Positions 9,527 through 13,415 of a DNA stretch of 13,415 nt are shown piece by piece; within the stretch, counting starts at the first letter, position 1, and each line of letters opens with the position of its first letter. This DNA is from Candidatus Aegiribacteria sp. Its GTDB lineage: Bacteria > Fermentibacterota > Fermentibacteria > Fermentibacterales > JCC-6. Below the pieces are notes generated by a model. It was not told where the DNA came from. It made no database searches and was given only the letters and a program-made list of their open reading frames with translations. The stretch is from contig JAWOBF010000078.1 of the NCBI GenBank assembly GCA_046498225.1, forward strand, positions 1 to 13,415, given 5' to 3'. The translations under genes were made by a program, and so were the position numbers.

Positions 9527-9555
9527 CGGTCTGACAGCGGGAAGAGAACTGTTTT

Positions 9556-10866
9556 TCATTGCCTCAGAATGACGATCCTGGAAGAGAGGAGGACGGAACC
9601 GCCGCGGACGACCGCGAAGTAGACTCCCGGCTCCGCGTCACCCCCCTGCCAGGTAAACTCATTCGGTCCCGCCGGCGAGGATAGCCGGTCGATCAGCCTG
9701 CCGGCCGAGTCGTAGATGGACACATCCGTGACATCCTCCATTCCGGTGACGAGTATGGTGACCGAAGAGGAGGAGGGATTCGGGTGGACCAGCAGGGAGG
9801 GGCGGCCGGCGGGGGAGACTGTTTCCCCGATACCGGTGGTGGAGGTCCGGAACCGGACGGCGTCAGCCACCAGAACCCTTCCCGGAACGCAGCCTTCGGT
9901 GGATATCCTCACGCTGCCGAAACCGCCCTCGTGAAAGGGGAACTCCCCCAGGAGATACCATTCCTCACCGCCTGATGACTGGTCCACCAGGAATTCAGCT
10001 GTGCCCTGGTCATGCATGACCGTAACCCTGGCGCCGGTGACCCTGTCAGGACCCGGTACCCACCACAGGTGGATCTGGTACGTCCCGGAGACCGGAATGT
10101 AAGGGTCCCATTCCGCAAGGTCCGCCTCCTCCGTGACAGTTACCAGGGCGTAGTCGGGACCGTAGGGCTTGCCGTCGGAGCCCGCGCTCCAGCCGCCTGA
10201 ACCCCCGGTGGTGAAATCAGGGTAGGAATTGTCCACTACCCGGCTGTCGTACTCCGGGATCCAGGGGGATGACTGGTCCTGGCAAAGCCCGCTGCAGTAA
10301 GCCCACCCCTCCCTGCCGTCATGGTCCTGCCACCTGGTGAGGAACCTCCATGATTCGTCCCATGAAACCATATAGTCCAGGAAGGAAGCCTCCCCCAGGA
10401 TGGCGGGCATGCCGGTGTGCTGCAGAACGTAGAATCCGGCCGTCTTCACTCCTCTGTCGTAATACTGGAAGGCCTCCACAAGGAGGGGATGGACCGCGTC
10501 CCGAAGGGCGAAGTCATCCGGTGACGCTTCTGTACCGCAGTAGGTCTCCGTTCCCTGCACCGACCCGTCGAAAGCGTTGTGATGGATGGAGACGAATCTG
10601 TCGTAACCTCCGGTGTTGGCGTAGGCCACCCTGTCGGCCAGTGATACCTCCAGGTCTTCCAGCCTGGTCATGGCGACTTCTTCGCAGTCCTCCGCCTGCT
10701 CGAGGTATGACCTTGCGAGGAAGGCCACCTCCAGGTTGGCTTCCTTCTCGGTGAAGTACGCCCCGATGGCGCCCTGGTCCGCTCCTCCATGCCCCGGGTC
10801 CAGACATACCGACCAGCAGACCGCTGTGCTCATGCATGTCAGGAGCGCCATAGCGGTACGGATCAT
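9556..10866 (-). CDS. Secreted N-acetylmuramoyl-L-alanine amidase (Amidase_3) with a golvesin/Xly-CBD-like beta-sandwich and a T9SS-type C-terminal sorting domain
   Basis: Signal-peptide-like N-terminus; Zn/catalytic motifs LDPGHGG, EKEANL, SIHHNA, PAILGEASF; middle domain VVDN..GW..YGPDY..GTYQIHLWW..VDQ..WYLLGEF..ADAVRF; C-terminus VHPNPSS..VSIYDSAGRLI..GVYF..RIVILR. Confidence 0.9.
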   Translation of the reverse strand: MIRTAMALLTCMSTAVCWSVCLDPGHGGADQGAIGAYFTEKEANLEVAFLARSYLEQAEDCEEVAMTRLEDLEVSLADRVAYANTGGYDRFVSIHHNAFDGSVQGTETYCGTEASPDDFALRDAVHPLLVEAFQYYDRGVKTAGFYVLQHTGMPAILGEASFLDYMVSWDESWRFLTRWQDHDGREGWAYCSGLCQDQSSPWIPEYDSRVVDNSYPDFTTGGSGGWSAGSDGKPYGPDYALVTVTEEADLAEWDPYIPVSGTYQIHLWWVPGPDRVTGARVTVMHDQGTAEFLVDQSSGGEEWYLLGEFPFHEGGFGSVRISTEGCVPGRVLVADAVRFRTSTTGIGETVSPAGRPSLLVHPNPSSSSVTILVTGMEDVTDVSIYDSAGRLIDRLSSPAGPNEFTWQGGDAEPGVYFAVVRGGSVLLSSRIVILRQ

Positions 10867-11765
10867 GGATCCGGAAGCTGCAGCAGCGAGCCGGTTGCCG
10901 CGTCTACGGCCATCACCTTTTCCTCCATAACGAAGGGTTGAATTTCAAGAGCATCCTCAGAAACAGCGACCGGGGCGGGAGTCCCGCCCGGCGAAACGTG
11001 CCAGATGTCCGCGGATGTCAGCCGGTGCCCGTCATCCTCCGTCACCGAGTAGAGAAGTATCTCCCTGTCGGACCACCAGCAGGGATGGGAGCCGCGGGCC
11101 AGGGTCACGCCTGCGCCGGTGGATGCCGATGTCAATACGATCTCACCCTCAAGGGAGGAAGAGAGCAGGCAGGTCTTTCTGCCGATGGTAATGAACTGCG
11201 GAGCGAAGAAGCGGCGGTTCGAGGCCAGGACCCTCGTTTCCCCGCCGATGGTCTCCATCAGGCACAGGCGGTCGTTCCTGTCACAGTAAGCCAGCCATCC
11301 GCCGGAACTGTCCGGGGATATCGTATGGGCCTCCAGGGCAAGGCCGGTGGATGTACCGTCATTGTACAGAAAGCCGTCAGCGGTGAACCAGAGGCTGCCC
11401 GAGCCGTCGAAGACCGGGGCCCCGCAGTCATTATAGGGTCCGTATTCCATGGTTCCGCCTGCCGGGGTGAAACTCAGAACGTAATCACCGTCCGCCCGTC
11501 GAACGCACAGGGCGGCGGTGTCTCCGAAAGTGGAAGGAGGTGAACAGGGCCTGGAGTCCTCCAGGGAGGAGGCAGCCGGGACGGGAGGTTCCCCGGCCCT
11601 TACGAACAGCAGCTCCGCCCATCCCCATGTAACGGCAAGCACCCCATCCTGAAAAGGCACTGCCAGGGCGATGCCGGTTGCTTCCACCGGGGTTCCTCCC
11701 ACCGCCGCCGCAACCGTCAGACCGGGAAGAACAAGGATTCTGAAAAGCGATGAAACAGTTCTCAT
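10863..11765 (-). CDS. Secreted hypothetical protein, probable TolB/PD40-like beta-propeller
   Basis: Signal-peptide-like N-terminus; repeated blade-like segments (APVFDGSGSLWF, ISPDSSGGWLAY, FAPQF, SHPCWWSDREILLYSVTEDDGH). Start ATG 11765 has AGGAG 8 nt upstream; the stop overlaps the amidase start (ATGA). Confidence 0.6.
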   Translation of the reverse strand: MRTVSSLFRILVLPGLTVAAAVGGTPVEATGIALAVPFQDGVLAVTWGWAELLFVRAGEPPVPAASSLEDSRPCSPPSTFGDTAALCVRRADGDYVLSFTPAGGTMEYGPYNDCGAPVFDGSGSLWFTADGFLYNDGTSTGLALEAHTISPDSSGGWLAYCDRNDRLCLMETIGGETRVLASNRRFFAPQFITIGRKTCLLSSSLEGEIVLTSASTGAGVTLARGSHPCWWSDREILLYSVTEDDGHRLTSADIWHVSPGGTPAPVAVSEDALEIQPFVMEEKVMAVDAATGSLLQLPDP

Positions 11766-11796
11766 TGAATACGCTCCTCTCATCGGGACCCGGGTG

Positions 11797-13080
11797 TCAT
11801 GGCCCCAGGATAACCGCCCTCCTGACCAGGTCGACGGGCCCCGGCCCCCGGACCAGTACGGTGTATACTCCGCAGGGAAGGGGTCCGGTATCTAGTGTGA
11901 CCGTGGAGGCTCCGGCGGGAAGGCTCCCCGTATCGATACGGTGCAGGAGCCTGCCGTCCAGTGAGTAGACATCTGCGCCAAGCCCCCGGGGTAGAGGGCC
12001 GGAGCTTTCGACCAGGAGCCTGATCGACTCCGAAGGGCTGGGAACATCGCACCTGAATTCGATGAGATCCGCCTCGGAGTTCCGGCAGAAGAAGCTGTTG
12101 TTGGATTTGTCCTTTTCGGAATACTCTCCCCCGGGGTCCGCTATCACGGTTATCCCTTCCAGGGTCCCTGCCCCGTCAAGCAGCGGAACCATCACGACGT
12201 GCGTGCCGTCCCGCAGCTCAAGTTCCGCTGAACCCGCCGGCCGTCCATCGCGGAAGGCGGCTATTTCCACCACGTCGCAACGGTCTTCGAATGTATCAGC
12301 GTAAGGAGCGGTTCTGGGAGAGACAGCCCTGTCATTCGGCGAAAGCCGGACCTCCGCCCCGCTTATATCCACCCTGGCCGCGATCGAAGGAGTCCCGTCG
12401 ATGACCGCTTCCCGGGGGATGTAGATGGAAACCAGTTCTATATCCAGCCCATCATCCGGCAGAGAACGGTTGTATACCCCGTTTCGGTGAGGATTGGACT
12501 GGTACATGTGCCAGCCGTCGCCGGAATGGTAGTAATCGCCCATGTCGTAAAGGGTTGCCAGTCCCGAGTAGTCCACATGCAGGACCTCTCCGAGTCCGTC
12601 GCCGTTCAGGTCACATATCACCGGGGCCGACCATCCCCCGTCACGGGACCAGGCCGGGAACCCCTCCATCATGGTCGGGTCCGAGTTTGGGTGATGGCCG
12701 CAGAAGAGTGATGAATAGCCCGAGAACACAAGCATGGCTCCCGCACCCGTCGAGGACGTCAGGCCCACTGAAGGCTGAGTACTGATGTAGTGTCCGCCTT
12801 CCTCGATTATGGGATTGAAAGGTATGGGCTCGCTCTGGAAGAGCTGCTCCCCGCCGGAGAGGTCCCGGGCCGTAAGGAAACCCTCCATGTTCATGTAACC
12901 TCCGTTGAGAAGGTAGACCAGCTCCAGGCCGGAGTCCCCATCCACATCGCCTATGGAGGGCCCGGGCATGTTGCCGTAGAAGTCGCTTCCACAAACCCAT
13001 CCCGAGGCCCATGAGAACTGAAGGTCGGTGGGAGCGCTGACCAGCCGGTAGACGAAGAGCCGCTTGATGTCGCTGAGCCT
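11797..13080 (-). CDS. FG-GAP/VCBS-repeat protein with CARDB-like segment and T9SS-type C-terminal domain; 5'-truncated (upstream boundary approximate)
   Basis: PSIGDVDGDSGLELV, SAPVICDLNGDGLGEVL, WHMYQSNPHRNG, VIADPGGEYSEKDKSNN, C-terminal DVYSLDGRLL..LPCGVYTVLV..RRAVIL. The first ~60 aa of the 490-aa ORF are non-protein-like Ala/Arg/Cys-rich sequence with no signal peptide, and the GTG start lies inside the rsmA fragment. Confidence 0.72.
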   Translation of the reverse strand, partial: RLSDIKRLFVYRLVSAPTDLQFSWASGWVCGSDFYGNMPGPSIGDVDGDSGLELVYLLNGGYMNMEGFLTARDLSGGEQLFQSEPIPFNPIIEEGGHYISTQPSVGLTSSTGAGAMLVFSGYSSLFCGHHPNSDPTMMEGFPAWSRDGGWSAPVICDLNGDGLGEVLHVDYSGLATLYDMGDYYHSGDGWHMYQSNPHRNGVYNRSLPDDGLDIELVSIYIPREAVIDGTPSIAARVDISGAEVRLSPNDRAVSPRTAPYADTFEDRCDVVEIAAFRDGRPAGSAELELRDGTHVVMVPLLDGAGTLEGITVIADPGGEYSEKDKSNNSFFCRNSEADLIEFRCDVPSPSESIRLLVESSGPLPRGLGADVYSLDGRLLHRIDTGSLPAGASTVTLDTGPLPCGVYTVLVRGPGPVDLVRRAVILGP

Positions 13081-13235
13081 AACAGGCGTTCGCCGCGCGG
13101 ACCGAGCCCGCCTAAAGGCGCAGGACCGCGTCCGCCGACCAAAATTCAGTGCAGTGGTGTGAAACGACAACGGCGTCGACGCGGCCGCATATGCGGTACA
13201 CGCGCCGGGACCACACTCGCGCCCCGCCCGGTCGC

Positions 13236-13415
13236 TCAGGCTGCTGCAAGCGTGCGCGCCAGCGCGCACCAGCGTTCCAGCTCAATCTCCTCGGCGCGTG
13301 CGGTGGGCGGGATGCCAACGGCGGTCAGCCGATCCTCGATATCCGGAGCCAGCCCGCGCAGCGATGCGCGCAGCATCTTGCGGCGCTGGTTGAAGCCGGC
13401 GGCCACCACGCGCGA
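13236..13415 (-). CDS. rsmA: 3' end of 16S rRNA adenine dimethyltransferase RsmA/KsgA (partial, enters from the window edge)
   Basis: My translation: [59 protein letters not shown]. It has the F-x-QRRK-x-LR and RAE motifs of the KsgA C-terminal domain. Not in the ORF track. Confidence 0.9.
   Translation of the reverse strand, partial: SRVVAAGFNQRRKMLRASLRGLAPDIEDRLTAVGIPPTARAEEIELERWCALARTLAAA

Noticed and set aside
9517..9556. Possible terminator hairpin between the amidase gene and copA (CCCCGTCA..TGACAGCGGG)
   Set aside because: The stem is imperfect, has no proper U-tract on the minus strand, and overlaps the putative copA -35.
13077..13235. Possible integron attC site beginning GCCTAAC
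   Set aside because: It matches RYYYAAC, but I found no complementary GTTRRRY core or long imperfect hairpin downstream, and there is no integrase or cassette array.
13081..13269. First ~60 aa of the 490-aa ORF as a genuine N-terminus
   Set aside because: Non-protein-like composition, no signal peptide, and the start lies inside the rsmA fragment; it is read-through across the suspected junction.

Overview
Mostly housekeeping and accessory DNA from an anaerobic, GC-rich bacterium. Two proteins have T9SS/Por-type C-terminal sorting domains, suggesting an FCB-group organism (Fermentibacterota-like is my impression, not a search result). From left to right: (i) a minus-strand unit larC -> membrane-anchored TlpA/thioredoxin-like protein lacking CxxC -> HydE-like radical SAM gene running off the left edge (missed by the ORF track); (ii) divergent larE, whose PP-loop N-terminus has no in-frame canonical start codon; (iii) a PH-domain membrane protein coupled to a Cys-rich DUF1847-type protein; (iv) a TPR-PAS-HisKA-HATPase-REC hybrid kinase whose ATP-binding boxes are degenerate; (v) a CopA Cu(I) P1B-ATPase; (vi) three secreted-protein genes (5'-truncated FG-GAP/T9SS protein, beta-propeller-like protein, Amidase_3-T9SS protein). 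The last ~180-340 bp switch abruptly to the 3' end of an alphaproteobacterial-looking rsmA/ksgA with different codon usage, most likely a chimeric assembly join. I saw no rRNA, tRNA, CRISPR array or mobile element. I cannot support a clearly new system. The best leads are the larC/Trx-like/HydE-like linkage without larA/larB, the start-codon anomaly in larE, the probable pseudokinase and the T9SS-exported amidase module.
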